Origin: Acidimicrobiaceae bacterium
Lineage (GTDB): Bacteria > Actinomycetota > Acidimicrobiia > Acidimicrobiales > RAAP-2
Reading direction: 5' to 3'
Assembly: GCA_003138855.1 (NCBI GenBank)
Contig: PLHF01000045.1
Coordinates: forward strand, 17,054-81,053
Length of the DNA stretch: 64,000 bases
Shown: in pieces, positions 29,899 through 39,198 of the stretch
Position numbering within the stretch: position 1 is the first letter of the stretch
Layout of the letters: each line of letters opens with the position of its first letter
Made by a program: the position numbers and the translations under genes
The notes under the pieces: model-generated
The model's input: only the letters and a program-made list of their open reading frames with translations
Database searches by the model: none
What the model was told of the DNA's origin: nothing

Positions 29899-32856
29899 TC
29901 AGGCTCCTTTTGCCTCCGCCCAGGATGAGCCCCAGGCCATGACCACCTTGAGGGGGACCGCCAGTTGGGCCGCCCCGGTCAGCGCCTGCTCGGTGAGGGC
30001 GGCTACCCGTTCGGACTCGTCGGGGACCACGTCGACCAGGACTTCGTCGTGGACCTGCAGCACCAGATCGGATGCGAACCCCCCCTCCTCGAGCCCGGCG
30101 TCCAGGCGGATCAGGGCCACTTTGAACAGGTCGGCAGCCAGGCCCTGGATACCGGCGTTCATCGCCTGCCGTTCGGCCGCCTGGCGCACCTGGTAGTTGG
30201 TGGAGGTCAGGTCCGGGAGCGGGCGCCTGCGCCCGAATGCGGTCACCGTGTACCCGTTCGTGCGTGCCTCGGCCACCGCGCGTTCCATGTAGTCGTGGAC
30301 GGACGGGAAGGCCTCGAAGAACGCCCGGAGGATCTCTTGGGCCTCTTCCACCGGGATGGCCAGCCGCTGGGAGAGCCCGTAGGCCTCCATTCCGTAAGCC
30401 AGCCCGTAGGACACCATCTTGGCGGTGGACCGTTGGGCATGGGTCACCTTGTCGCGCTCGACGCCGAACACCCGCGCCGCCACGGTGCGGTGGATGTCCT
30501 CGCCGGCAGCGAATGCCGAAGTGAGACCGGGGTCACCCGACAGGTGGGCAATGGCCCGCAACTCCACCTGGTCGTAGTCGGCCACCAACAGGCGACGTCC
30601 GGCGGAAGGCACGAACGCCTCTCGGAAGCGACGGCCCTCCTCGGTGCGGACCGGGATGTTGTGGAGGTTGGGTCGGTCGGACGACAGCCGCCCGGTGCGG
30701 GCCACGGTCTGGCGGAACGTGGCGTGGATGCGGCCGTCCGGTGCCACTTCGCCGGCGAGACTCTCTCCATAGGTGGAGCGGAGCTTCTCAATCTCCCGGT
30801 ACCGCAGCAGGGCCTCGATGATCGGATGCTGGCCACGGAGCAGCTCGAGCGTGCGGGCGTCGGTGGAGAAGCCCGTCTTCGTCTTGCGCGCCGGGGTCAG
30901 GCCCAGCTGGTCGTAGAGCACCGCTCGGAGCTGGGGCACCGAATTGATCTTGAAGGGGGCGCCTGCGAGCTCGTGGATGGTCGCCTCCAGCACACGGCAC
31001 TCCTCGGCCAGACCGGCGGCGATCGAACGCAGCACCTCCCGGTCGACCGGGATCCCCACCACCTCCATCCGGGCCAGCACCCGGACGAGGGGCAGTTCGA
31101 TCTCGTCGAAGAGCGTCGACTCCCCCACGTCGGCCAGGGCCTCCACCAGAGGGGCCCGCAGCCTGGCGAGGACCGAGGTCAGACGAATCTCCGCCATGGC
31201 GAGGGCATCGACCGGATCGGCCGGGGCATGGGTCACACCGGGCGAGTCCGGCGTGTCCGGCGTGTCCGCCACGTCCGGCCCAGCCGACGGATCGGGCGGT
31301 GGCTCGAGCAGGAAGGCACCCTGGCCCTTACCGCCTCCGCCATCGCCGACGGCCACCCCCAAGAAGCGAGCAGCGAGATCCGTCACCCTGTACCGGTCGT
31401 TCGACGGATCGAGGAGGTAGGCGGCCACGGCGGTGTCCATGGTCAGTTGGGTGACGTCCACGCCGAGTGGCAGCAACGACCGCATGATCTCCTTGGCATC
31501 GTGGGCCACGACGCCGACGCCGCCCGCCCCTAATCCGCCGTCGAGTGCCTCGAGAACCCCGGGGTCGGCAGACAGCGGGATGTCCGGGTCTGTGCCGGGC
31601 CCGAGGTACACCACGGGAACCGGCGGCGGGCCGTCAGCCACCGCCTCGCCGGCCACCGCCAGGCCCAGCAGGGGCGACCGGCCCGGATCCCCAGACCAGC
31701 GTGCGGAGAGGGCGACGCTCCCCGTCGTGGCCCGGGCGTAAGCGAACACGGCCTCCAGTGCCTCGCATGCCGACGCTGCGTCCCTGGGTGCCATCACTGA
31801 GGGCGACCCAAGCCAGTCCGGTACCTCGTCTGCGGCCGCTGCACCGAGCCCGTCGAGGCCGCCGGGACCAGGGGTGTCGGCGTCACCAGTGGCAGGTGTC
31901 GCCGGCTTGCCGAGATACCCGTCCTGCATCAATGCCGAAAAGCGCGTCCACAACGTCCGCAACTCCAACTCGGCGAAGGTGCGGCGGGCCTCTTCTAGGT
32001 CCCATCCCCCGAGGGTCAGCTGGTCGACATGGACGTCGAGGGGTATGTCCCGGACCAGGGGGATCACCTCGGCGTTCATGCGCACCCGATCGAGATGGGC
32101 GGCCAGGTTCTCCCTCAGCTTCGGCGAGAGCGCGTCGAGATGGGCGTAGATGGTCTCGAGGTCCCCGTACTCGTTGATCAGCTTGGCTGCGGTCTTCTCC
32201 CCGACGCCGGGTACTCCGGGGAGATTGTCCGACGGGTCGCCCCGCAGTGAGGCGAGGAGCGGGTACTTCGCCGGCTCCACCCCGGTCCTCTCCTCGATGC
32301 CGGCCTCGTCGTAGAGGGAATAATCGCTCACGCCACGCCGGTTGTAGAGCACCCGGATGTAGGGGTCTTCGACCAGTTGGTAGGAGTCGCGGTCCCCCGT
32401 GACGATGATCACCGGGTGCCGGCGATCACGCGCCTCGGTGGCCAGGGTGGCCAGCACGTCATCGGCCTCGAATCCCTCGGCCCCGACGACCGGGATGGAC
32501 AAGGACTCCAGCAACGACCGGATCATGTCGAATTGGGGGGGTAGATCCGGGGGCGTCTCGGCGCGTCCACCCTTGTACTCCTCGACGATCTCGTCCCGGA
32601 AGGTGCCGCCCGGGAGGTCGAAGGCAACCGCCAACCCGACCGGTCGGTGATCGCGGATCAGGTTCACCAGCATCGAGGCGAAACCATGGACGGCGTTGGT
32701 GACCACCCCATCGGCTGTGGTCAGTGTGGTCGGAAGGGCAAAGTAGGCCCGGAAGGCCAGGGACATCCCGTCGAGCAGGATCAGAGGCCCCGAGGGCGGT
32801 TCCGGCCCGCTGTCCGGGATCTTCGATACCTGTCGGGGAGAGGGCCGATCGACCAT
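29899..32856 (-). CDS. polA: DNA polymerase I
   Basis: 5'-3' exonuclease domain (LLDGMSLAFRAYFAL, GDRDSYQL), a long central region, and polymerase motifs A/B/C (DYDQVELR, RSTAKMVSYGLAYG, QVHDEV). Confidence 0.97.
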   Translation of the reverse strand: MVDRPSPRQVSKIPDSGPEPPSGPLILLDGMSLAFRAYFALPTTLTTADGVVTNAVHGFASMLVNLIRDHRPVGLAVAFDLPGGTFRDEIVEEYKGGRAETPPDLPPQFDMIRSLLESLSIPVVGAEGFEADDVLATLATEARDRRHPVIIVTGDRDSYQLVEDPYIRVLYNRRGVSDYSLYDEAGIEERTGVEPAKYPLLASLRGDPSDNLPGVPGVGEKTAAKLINEYGDLETIYAHLDALSPKLRENLAAHLDRVRMNAEVIPLVRDIPLDVHVDQLTLGGWDLEEARRTFAELELRTLWTRFSALMQDGYLGKPATPATGDADTPGPGGLDGLGAAAADEVPDWLGSPSVMAPRDAASACEALEAVFAYARATTGSVALSARWSGDPGRSPLLGLAVAGEAVADGPPPVPVVYLGPGTDPDIPLSADPGVLEALDGGLGAGGVGVVAHDAKEIMRSLLPLGVDVTQLTMDTAVAAYLLDPSNDRYRVTDLAARFLGVAVGDGGGGKGQGAFLLEPPPDPSAGPDVADTPDTPDSPGVTHAPADPVDALAMAEIRLTSVLARLRAPLVEALADVGESTLFDEIELPLVRVLARMEVVGIPVDREVLRSIAAGLAEECRVLEATIHELAGAPFKINSVPQLRAVLYDQLGLTPARKTKTGFSTDARTLELLRGQHPIIEALLRYREIEKLRSTYGESLAGEVAPDGRIHATFRQTVARTGRLSSDRPNLHNIPVRTEEGRRFREAFVPSAGRRLLVADYDQVELRAIAHLSGDPGLTSAFAAGEDIHRTVAARVFGVERDKVTHAQRSTAKMVSYGLAYGMEAYGLSQRLAIPVEEAQEILRAFFEAFPSVHDYMERAVAEARTNGYTVTAFGRRRPLPDLTSTNYQVRQAAERQAMNAGIQGLAADLFKVALIRLDAGLEEGGFASDLVLQVHDEVLVDVVPDESERVAALTEQALTGAAQLAVPLKVVMAWGSSWAEAKGA

Positions 32857-32875
32857 GGCGGAGGGGCGCCCCGGC

Positions 32876-33490
32876 CTAGGGCGCGAGCGTGCCCTCGAGC
32901 ACCTGTCGGGCCACGTCCACCATCCGCGAACGGGTCGTCATCGCCGTCTTCTGGATGAAGCCGAACGCCTCGGCCTCGGACAGGCCTGACTGCTCCATCA
33001 GGACGCCTTTGGCACCGTCGACCATCCGTCGGGTCTCGAGCTTGTCCTCGGCGCTGGCTTGGAGGTCGACGCCCCCCTCGGTCTGTGCCCGGTGTGCCTC
33101 GTCGTCGATCGCCCACTCCTGTTCGCAGCGGGCCACGGCCTGGTCGATGGCCGGGATGAGCTCGATGCGCTGAAACGGCTTCACCAGATAGGCGGCCACC
33201 CCGGCATCGCGCGCCTCGTCGATCAGGCTCCGTTGGCTGAAGGCGGTGAGGATCAGCACCGCGACCTTGAGGTCCAGATCGCGAATGGACCGGGCTGCGG
33301 CAAGCCCGTCGGAGCCGGGCATCTTGATGTCGAGGATCACCAGGTCGGGGCGGTGGGCCCGGACCAGTTCGACCGCCTCGTCCCCGCGGCCGGTCTCGCC
33401 CACCACGTCGTACCCCTCGTCCAACAGAATCTCCTTGAGATCGAGACGGATGATGGCCTCGTCCTCTGCGATGACCACGCGCCTGGTCAT
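32876..33490 (-). CDS. pdtaR: ANTAR-domain response regulator (PdtaR-like)
   Basis: Receiver domain (VVIAEDEAIIRLDL, DLVILDIKMPG, K at LVKPF) followed by an ANTAR helix bundle (KLETRRMVDGAKGVLME...EAEAFGFIQKTAMTTR). Position next to polA matches the mycobacterial neighbourhood. Confidence 0.85.
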   Translation of the reverse strand: MTRRVVIAEDEAIIRLDLKEILLDEGYDVVGETGRGDEAVELVRAHRPDLVILDIKMPGSDGLAAARSIRDLDLKVAVLILTAFSQRSLIDEARDAGVAAYLVKPFQRIELIPAIDQAVARCEQEWAIDDEAHRAQTEGGVDLQASAEDKLETRRMVDGAKGVLMEQSGLSEAEAFGFIQKTAMTTRSRMVDVARQVLEGTLAP

Positions 33491-33627
33491 GGTGTGTCAG
33501 CTCCTCTCGGCTGGGGTTCCGACGACGTCGGCGAACGGTACGAAAAGGTCAGATCCTCGTGCGGCACGGTGGACACCTTCAGCATGGTCTTCCCGGCCCG
33601 CATGGTCATCATGGTCTTCCGGGTCAA
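33487..33627 (-). CDS. candidate 41-46 codon micro-ORF coupled to both neighbours (hypothetical)
   Basis: Hand translation: (L)TRKTMMTMRAGKTMLKVSTVPHEDLTFSYRSPTSSEPQPRGADTP*. Its TGA overlaps the pdtaR ATG (ATGA). An in-frame TTG overlaps the stop of the upstream ORF (TTGA). 28 of the first 31 codons from the first ATG end in G/C by hand count. Below the ORF-track length cutoff. Confidence 0.3.
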   Translation of the reverse strand: MTRKTMMTMRAGKTMLKVSTVPHEDLTFSYRSPTSSEPQPRGADTP

Positions 33628-33917
33628 CCGGGGCCGACCACCAGTCGATTGAGCAGTTCGTCCTGCCGCCGCTCGAGTTCGGCGATCAGCGCCAACAGGG
33701 CGGTCCGTGTCTGGAGCATGACCGTGGCATGCCGGTTGGCTTCGTCGTGTTCCTTGGACGCCACCGGCGTCTCGGACACCAGTGCCCTCAACCGGGTGTC
33801 ATCGGCGATCTCGTTGACCACCACCAGCTGCTCGTCGAGCACCGCCAATTCGCTCCGGGCGCGCACCAACCGTTGGTGGGCGTCACTGAGGCGGCGTTCG
33901 ATGATCGTGCGATGCAT
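33624..33917 (-). CDS. hypothetical small coiled-coil protein
   Basis: 97-aa ORF with coding-like G/C third positions and heptad-like helical sequence. No family recognised. Confidence 0.5.
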   Translation of the reverse strand: MHRTIIERRLSDAHQRLVRARSELAVLDEQLVVVNEIADDTRLRALVSETPVASKEHDEANRHATVMLQTRTALLALIAELERRQDELLNRLVVGPG

Positions 33918-34023
33918 GGGAGGACAATTCTACGCATGGTGGGAACCAACTCCGCGCCGAGGGTCCGGACTGCCCGCACGGCACCATGGGCACGCCCTTG
34001 GCGACCCCTGCCGGGCGCCGCCT

Positions 34024-35250
34024 TCACCCCCCAGGGCCGGCCACCCGTGCCCGCCGCACCAGGAGGCGTTCCAGAGTGGCGGGGTCGGGAGCGGGACCCA
34101 TCCCGTCCCCGCCGGGCACAGAAGCCTCCAGTGCACCGCTCGAAGTCGACCGGACCAGGCCCAGGGGCTCCACCAGCCCATCGGTCAAGTAGGTCGGGGC
34201 CGGGCTCAGGTCCCCGGGCCAGGCGAAGCCGGGCACTGCCGCCAGGGTGGTGTTGACACCACGGGCGTAGCCCGACTCGTACATGCCGCCGATCCACATC
34301 GGGATGCCGGCATCCCTGCAGTCCTCGACCACCCGCAGTGCCGCACCCAGGCCACCGAGGCGCGACGGCTTGACGCACACCACCGAACACGCTCCCATCG
34401 AGATGGCGGCAGCGGTCCGCTCGGGTGAGTCGAGGCTCTCGTCGAGGCAGATGGGGGTGGCGAGGCGGCGCGCCAGGCGGGCGTGTGCCCCGAGGTCGGA
34501 CCGATCGAAGGGTTGTTCCAGGCAGAGAAGTCCGAACCGGTCGAGCCGCCCGAGGTGGGCGCTGTCCGACTCGGAATACGACCCGTTGGCGTCCGCCTGC
34601 ACGCGCAGGCCCGGGATGGCGGCAGCCACCGCACCCACCGGTTCGACATCCCACCCGGGGCCGATCTTCATCTTCACCCGCGTGAATCCCTGGGCGGCCA
34701 GCGCAGCCACCGCGTCGACCAGTGTGCCGGTGTCCCCGCAGGTCCCGACCACCGCGCCGATCTCGACCTGCCGATCCTCCACCCGGAGCACCTGGGCGAA
34801 CGATCGGCTCTCGGATCGGAGATGGGCGTCCGCCACTGCCATCTCCAAGGCGGCGAAGGCCAGTGTCCCCCCGGGGGCGGCACGCCGGATCCCGTCCAAG
34901 GCGGAGGGTCGGGGCAACCGGCCGTGCGACCTGGTCGCCTGCTCGACCAGGGCCGGTACCAGGCGGTGCTCAAGAGCGAAGAACGACCCGGCCACGTCCT
35001 CGTCGTCGTAGGTGGTGTCGGCGAGGGCGGCGCACTCCCCCCAGCCGTCGACCGACCGACCATCGGCGCTCCCCCGGAGTTGTACCAGCACCAGCGGTCG
35101 GTTCCTGTGCACGCCGACCGCTGTCGAGACGGGGCGCACGAACGGGACGTCGATCCACCACAGTTCGACGCAGTCCAGGGCGAACGCGCCGTGCTCGCCG
35201 ACCGCGGCCCAGGCCTCGGACAATCCGATCGGGGGAGCTGCACCGTCCAT
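34024..35250 (-). CDS. enolase-superfamily enzyme, o-succinylbenzoate synthase / N-acylamino-acid racemase (MLE subgroup)
   Basis: Catalytic pattern VKMKIG (KxK), QADANGSY, LEQP, CLDES, KPSRLGG. ATG at 35250. The longer ORF (to 36000) crosses tRNA-Leu and runs antisense to fabD, so the upstream part is rejected. Confidence 0.8.
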   Translation of the reverse strand: MDGAAPPIGLSEAWAAVGEHGAFALDCVELWWIDVPFVRPVSTAVGVHRNRPLVLVQLRGSADGRSVDGWGECAALADTTYDDEDVAGSFFALEHRLVPALVEQATRSHGRLPRPSALDGIRRAAPGGTLAFAALEMAVADAHLRSESRSFAQVLRVEDRQVEIGAVVGTCGDTGTLVDAVAALAAQGFTRVKMKIGPGWDVEPVGAVAAAIPGLRVQADANGSYSESDSAHLGRLDRFGLLCLEQPFDRSDLGAHARLARRLATPICLDESLDSPERTAAAISMGACSVVCVKPSRLGGLGAALRVVEDCRDAGIPMWIGGMYESGYARGVNTTLAAVPGFAWPGDLSPAPTYLTDGLVEPLGLVRSTSSGALEASVPGGDGMGPAPDPATLERLLVRRARVAGPGG

Positions 35251-35327
35251 GGGAACGGATCCTACGTTTCCGGCCCTCCCGACATCGCTGCGCCACGCAG
35301 TGGTGGGGATAGGCTGCGCCCCCACCA

Positions 35328-35413
35328 GCCCGGGTGGCGGAATGGCAGACGCGGTGGACTCAAAATCCATTGTCCGAAAGGGCGTGCGGGTTCGAATCCC
35401 GCCCCGGGCACCA
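35328..35413 (+). tRNA. tRNA-Leu (anticodon CAA), class II with long variable arm, CCA encoded
   Basis: Hand-folded. Acceptor GCCCGGG/CCCGGGC; anticodon stem GTGGA/TCCAT with loop CTCAAAA; variable arm TGTCCGAAAGGGCG; T arm GCGGG-TTCGAAT-CCCGC; discriminator A + CCA. Confidence 0.9.
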
Positions 35414-35542
35414 GTGCGGTGGTCGTCGGCCACCGGCCGCGAAGTGACCAGCGAGTAATCACCTCCCCTGTATCCGGCCGTGCCACACTTGTCCGTCCAC
35501 CACGGTCGAGGTCGGCCGGGATCATTCGAGAGGAGCCCGTAG

Positions 35543-36799
35543 GTGCTGGCCTTTACCTTCCCAGGACAGGGGTCGCAGCGATCCGGCATGGGTCGTGCCT
35601 GGGTCGAGCACCCCTCGTGGGAGGTGGCCGCCGAGGCGTCGGAGATCGCCGGGCGTGATCTCACCACCCTGCTCCTGGACGCTCCCATGGAGGACCTCAC
35701 CCGTACCGCCAACGCCCAGCTGGCCACCTTCGTGATGAGCCTGGTGGTACTCGATGCAGTCGAGCGACTCGGCTTGGCTCCGGCGGCGTGTGCCGGCCAC
35801 AGCCTTGGTGAGTACACCGCCCTGGTGGCGACCGGGGCCCTCTCGCTCTCCGATGGGACCCGCCTGGTCATCGAGCGCGGGAACGCCATGCAGGGCGCCG
35901 CCGACGAGCGCCCCGGAACGATGGCCGCGCTCATCGGCATCGCCGATGACGACGCCGAGGCCGCCTGCCAGAGGGCCGAGGACGATGTGTGGGTGGCCAA
36001 CTACAACGCACCGGGCCAGGTGGTCATCGCCGGAACGGTGGATGCGGTGGCCAACGCCACCGACAGGGCAAAGGAGCTCGGCGCCCGCAAGGTTCTGCCC
36101 CTTCCGGTGTCGGGCGCGTTCCACACCCAGTTGATGCTCTCGGCGCGGACCCGCCTCCGTCAGACGCTCGACACCGTGGCATTCCACTCCCCCGAGGTAC
36201 CCGTCGTGGCCAATGTCGACGCCCGGGTCCACACCGACCCTGGTGAGTGGCCGGGCCTGCTCTCCGCCCAGTTGTGCAGCCCGGTCCGATGGCGCCAGTC
36301 CCTGGAGACCTTAAGCGGCAGGGGCGCCACCACGATCGTCGAGCTGGGTCCGGGCGGCGTGCTCACCGGCATGGTGCGCCGGACTGTTCCGGACGTGAGA
36401 GGAGTCGCCGTCGCCGTCCCTGCCGACCTGGACAAGCTGATCGACACCGTTGCCGGCATCGACGAGTGGACCACTTCGGGGCCGACCCATCAAGGCGAGC
36501 ACCTCTACACCTCGGAACGGGTGATCGTCAGCCCTGCTCCCGGGGTGTTCGAACCCGAGGTCCAACTGGCCGCACTCGAGAGCACCGCCTTGGCCGAGGC
36601 CAACGCGGCCCCCGGAAGCGGCCATGGGGCGGCGCCCGGTTCCCTCCTGGCAGTGGGCGACCTGGTCGGCACGGTGGGGCTGACCGAGGTCAGGACCCCT
36701 TTCGCCGGCATCCTGGTGCGCTGGCTGGCGGTCCGGGGCGAACGGGTGGTCGAAGGGCAACCGGTGGTATGGATCCGCACGGGAGGAGGCTCGTCATGA
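35543..36799 (+). CDS. fabD: malonyl-CoA:ACP transacylase FabD fused to a ~110-aa C-terminal biotinyl/lipoyl-like barrel domain
   Basis: FTFPGQGSQ, GHSLGEYTAL active site, VSGAFHT. Residues ~310-418 resemble BCCP (SPAPGVF... GDLVGTVGLTEVRTPFAGILVRWLAVRGERVVEGQPVVWI) but lack the E-A-M-K-M lysine. GTG start with GAGAGGAG RBS. Confidence 0.9.
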   Translation: MLAFTFPGQGSQRSGMGRAWVEHPSWEVAAEASEIAGRDLTTLLLDAPMEDLTRTANAQLATFVMSLVVLDAVERLGLAPAACAGHSLGEYTALVATGALSLSDGTRLVIERGNAMQGAADERPGTMAALIGIADDDAEAACQRAEDDVWVANYNAPGQVVIAGTVDAVANATDRAKELGARKVLPLPVSGAFHTQLMLSARTRLRQTLDTVAFHSPEVPVVANVDARVHTDPGEWPGLLSAQLCSPVRWRQSLETLSGRGATTIVELGPGGVLTGMVRRTVPDVRGVAVAVPADLDKLIDTVAGIDEWTTSGPTHQGEHLYTSERVIVSPAPGVFEPEVQLAALESTALAEANAAPGSGHGAAPGSLLAVGDLVGTVGLTEVRTPFAGILVRWLAVRGERVVEGQPVVWIRTGGGSS

Positions 36800-37599
36800 C
36801 CGGACCCGAGGAAGGGAGCCGGGGACGAGACGGCGACCGGGGACGCGACGAGGAGCCCGGTGCAGACCCCGCCCGCGGCAGAGTCGTGCTGGTCACCGGG
36901 GGCTCACGCGGCATCGGCCTGGCCTGCGCCAAGTGGTTCCTGACCCGTGGGGACCGGGTGGCGGTCACCTCGAGGACCGGCGCGGTCGAGGACCGCCTCG
37001 ACGCCGGCACGGATCGGTTCATGTCGCTGAAGTGCGACGTGACCGAACCCGAGCAGGTCACTGCTGCGTTCTCGGCCATCGAGGAGGCGTGGGGACCGGT
37101 CGAAGTGCTCGTGGCCAATGCCGGCATCACGCGCGACACACTGGTCCTCCGCATGAGCGAGGAGGCCTGGTCCGAGGTCATCGACACCAACCTGACCGCC
37201 GTCTTCCGAGTTGCCAAGCGGGCGCTCACCAAGATGATCCGCCTCCACCGTGGGCGCGTGATCATGATCTCCTCGGTGAGTGCGTTCATCGGTTCGGCCG
37301 GTCAGGCCAACTATGCGGCCTCCAAGGCCGGGTTGGTCGGAATGGCCCGGTCGATGGCGCGCGAAGTGGCCAGCCGCTCGATCACCGTCAACGTGGTTGC
37401 CCCCGGGCTGGTCGAAACGAATATGCTCGCAGCACTCGGAGAAGTGCGAATGAGCGAAATCCGGGCCCAGGTACCCTTGGGTCGGGTGGCCCGGGCCGAG
37501 GAGGTCGCCGAGGCCGTAGGATTCCTGGCTTCGGCCGGTGCCGGCTACGTCACCGGGGTGGTGGTGCCCGTGGACGGGGGATTGGCCATGGGCCTGTGA
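36796..37599 (+). CDS. fabG: 3-oxoacyl-ACP reductase
   Basis: SDR motifs VTGGSRGIG, NAG, and S...YxxxK (YAASKAG). ATG at 36796 overlaps the fabD stop (ATGA). Charged low-complexity N-terminal ~28 aa. Confidence 0.9.
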   Translation: MTGPEEGSRGRDGDRGRDEEPGADPARGRVVLVTGGSRGIGLACAKWFLTRGDRVAVTSRTGAVEDRLDAGTDRFMSLKCDVTEPEQVTAAFSAIEEAWGPVEVLVANAGITRDTLVLRMSEEAWSEVIDTNLTAVFRVAKRALTKMIRLHRGRVIMISSVSAFIGSAGQANYAASKAGLVGMARSMAREVASRSITVNVVAPGLVETNMLAALGEVRMSEIRAQVPLGRVARAEEVAEAVGFLASAGAGYVTGVVVPVDGGLAMGL

Positions 37600-37687
37600 C
37601 GCCCCGTCTGGACGGCGTCGGGCACCGTGGCCACGTGACAGTTGGACCATCACCAGAGCGGGCGACCCCCGAAGAAGGAGCGATCCA

Positions 37688-37927
37688 GTGAGCAACGACG
37701 AGGCATTCGAGAAGTTCCAGGAGTGCGCGGTGGAAGTGCTTCAGGTGCCTGCCGGCAAGGTGACCAGGGAGGCCCGGTTCGCCGAGGACCTGGATGCCGA
37801 CAGCCTCGATCTGGTCGAACTGGTCATGGCCCTCGAAGAGACCTTCGACGTCTCCGTGGACGAGACCGAACTCGATGGCATCGAAACCATCGGCCAGGCA
37901 TTCGATCTCATCTCCGCAAAGATCTGA
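37688..37927 (+). CDS. acpP: acyl carrier protein
   Basis: 79 aa with the phosphopantetheine site LDADSLDLVELVMALEE. GTG start preceded by GAAGGAG. Confidence 0.92.
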   Translation: MSNDEAFEKFQECAVEVLQVPAGKVTREARFAEDLDADSLDLVELVMALEETFDVSVDETELDGIETIGQAFDLISAKI

Positions 37928-39123
37928 TGCGACTGGGCATCGGACCTGACGGTCCGATCGCCGGTCGGCGCGTCGCCATCACCGGCGTGGGAGTCGTCTC
38001 GTGCTGCGGGGTCGGTACCGAGGCCCTGTGGTCCGGGCTCAACGGACCGCCGCCCATCGGTGAGCGCCGCGTGCCCGACTTCGACCCCGAGCGGTGGTTC
38101 ACCGTCAAAGAGGCCCGCCAGACCGACCGGTTCGCCCAGTTCAGTGTGGCGGTCGCCTCCATGGCCTTCGAGGATGCCGGCGAGATCACAGCCGACCCGG
38201 GCCGCTGCGCAGTCATCATGGGCACCGGGGTCGGGGGCCTGGAGACCCTGGAGACCCAGATCCTCATCTTCGGCGAGAAGGGGGCCCGCAGGGTCTCCCC
38301 CCGGTTGGTACCGATGATGATGACCAACGCCGGAGCAGCGGCCGTCTCCATCCGCATGGGCTGGCACGGGCCATCCGAGACCATCACCACGGCGTGTGCC
38401 GCCGGTGCCCACAGCATCGCCTACGCCGCGCACTTGGTGGCTTCCGGCCGATGTGACGTGGCCATCGGCGGTGCGTCCGAAGCGGGGATGACCGGTGTCG
38501 GCATGGCTGCGTTCGCCAACATGACCGCGCTCTCCACCTCGGGCAACTCGCGTCCGTTCGACCTCCGTCGCGACGGCTTCGTCATCACCGAGGGCGCCGG
38601 CGCCTTCGTCCTGGAGGCGTGGGATCACGCCGTGGCCCGTGGTGCCCACATCTACGGCGAGTTGGCCGGTGCCGCCAGCACCGCCGATGCCCACCACATC
38701 ACCGCTCCCATCCCCGGCGGCTCCGGCGCGGCCGAGTGCATGGCACTGGCCATGGAAGATGCCGGGATCACACCCGACCAGGTGGGCCACATCAACGCCC
38801 ACGGGACATCGACACCCCTCAACGACCGGGCCGAAGCGGATGCCATCACCAAGGTGTTCGGGGGCGCGTCGCCTCCGGTCACCTCCACCAAGGGGATCAC
38901 CGGCCATGGGCTCGGAGCCAGTGGGGCCATCGAAGCGGTGGCCGTGGCACTGAGCATCCAGCACCACCTGATCCCGCCGACCTCCGGCTATGAGCAACCG
39001 GACCCGGACATCCACCTCGATGTGGTGGCCGGCCAAGCCCGCCCCTGGGTGCCCGCCCCGGTGCTCTCCAACTCGTTCGGTTTCGGCGGCCACAACGGCT
39101 GCCTGGTGATCACCCCGGCCTGA
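37927..39123 (+). CDS. fabF: beta-ketoacyl-ACP synthase II
   Basis: KAS I/II fold with active-site Cys (ITTACAAGAHS) and His pair (NAHGTSTPLND, GHGLGASG). ATG shares one nucleotide with the acpP stop. Confidence 0.92.
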   Translation: MRLGIGPDGPIAGRRVAITGVGVVSCCGVGTEALWSGLNGPPPIGERRVPDFDPERWFTVKEARQTDRFAQFSVAVASMAFEDAGEITADPGRCAVIMGTGVGGLETLETQILIFGEKGARRVSPRLVPMMMTNAGAAAVSIRMGWHGPSETITTACAAGAHSIAYAAHLVASGRCDVAIGGASEAGMTGVGMAAFANMTALSTSGNSRPFDLRRDGFVITEGAGAFVLEAWDHAVARGAHIYGELAGAASTADAHHITAPIPGGSGAAECMALAMEDAGITPDQVGHINAHGTSTPLNDRAEADAITKVFGGASPPVTSTKGITGHGLGASGAIEAVAVALSIQHHLIPPTSGYEQPDPDIHLDVVAGQARPWVPAPVLSNSFGFGGHNGCLVITPA

Positions 39124-39198
39124 ACCGGGCCATCCGCTGCGGTCCCGTACGAAGGGTGCGGTCGATGCCGCCCGCTATCCCCCTACGGTTGGGAACCC

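Noticed and set aside
35328-35413. tRNA-Leu as an integration site for a genomic island
   Set aside because: I found no second copy of the tRNA 3' end (TTCGAATCCCGCC...) elsewhere in the window and no integrase. Both flanking genes are housekeeping.
35251-36000. Upstream 250 codons of the 658-aa ORF 34024-36000
   Set aside because: This part crosses the tRNA-Leu gene and runs antisense to fabD, and its sequence is Ser/Ala/Arg-rich nonsense. The enolase-superfamily homology begins at the ATG at 35250.
36247-36795. N-terminal 183 codons of the 450-aa ORF containing fabG
   Set aside because: It overlaps the fabD C-terminal domain in another frame. The SDR fold begins after the ATG at 36796, which forms an ATGA junction with fabD.
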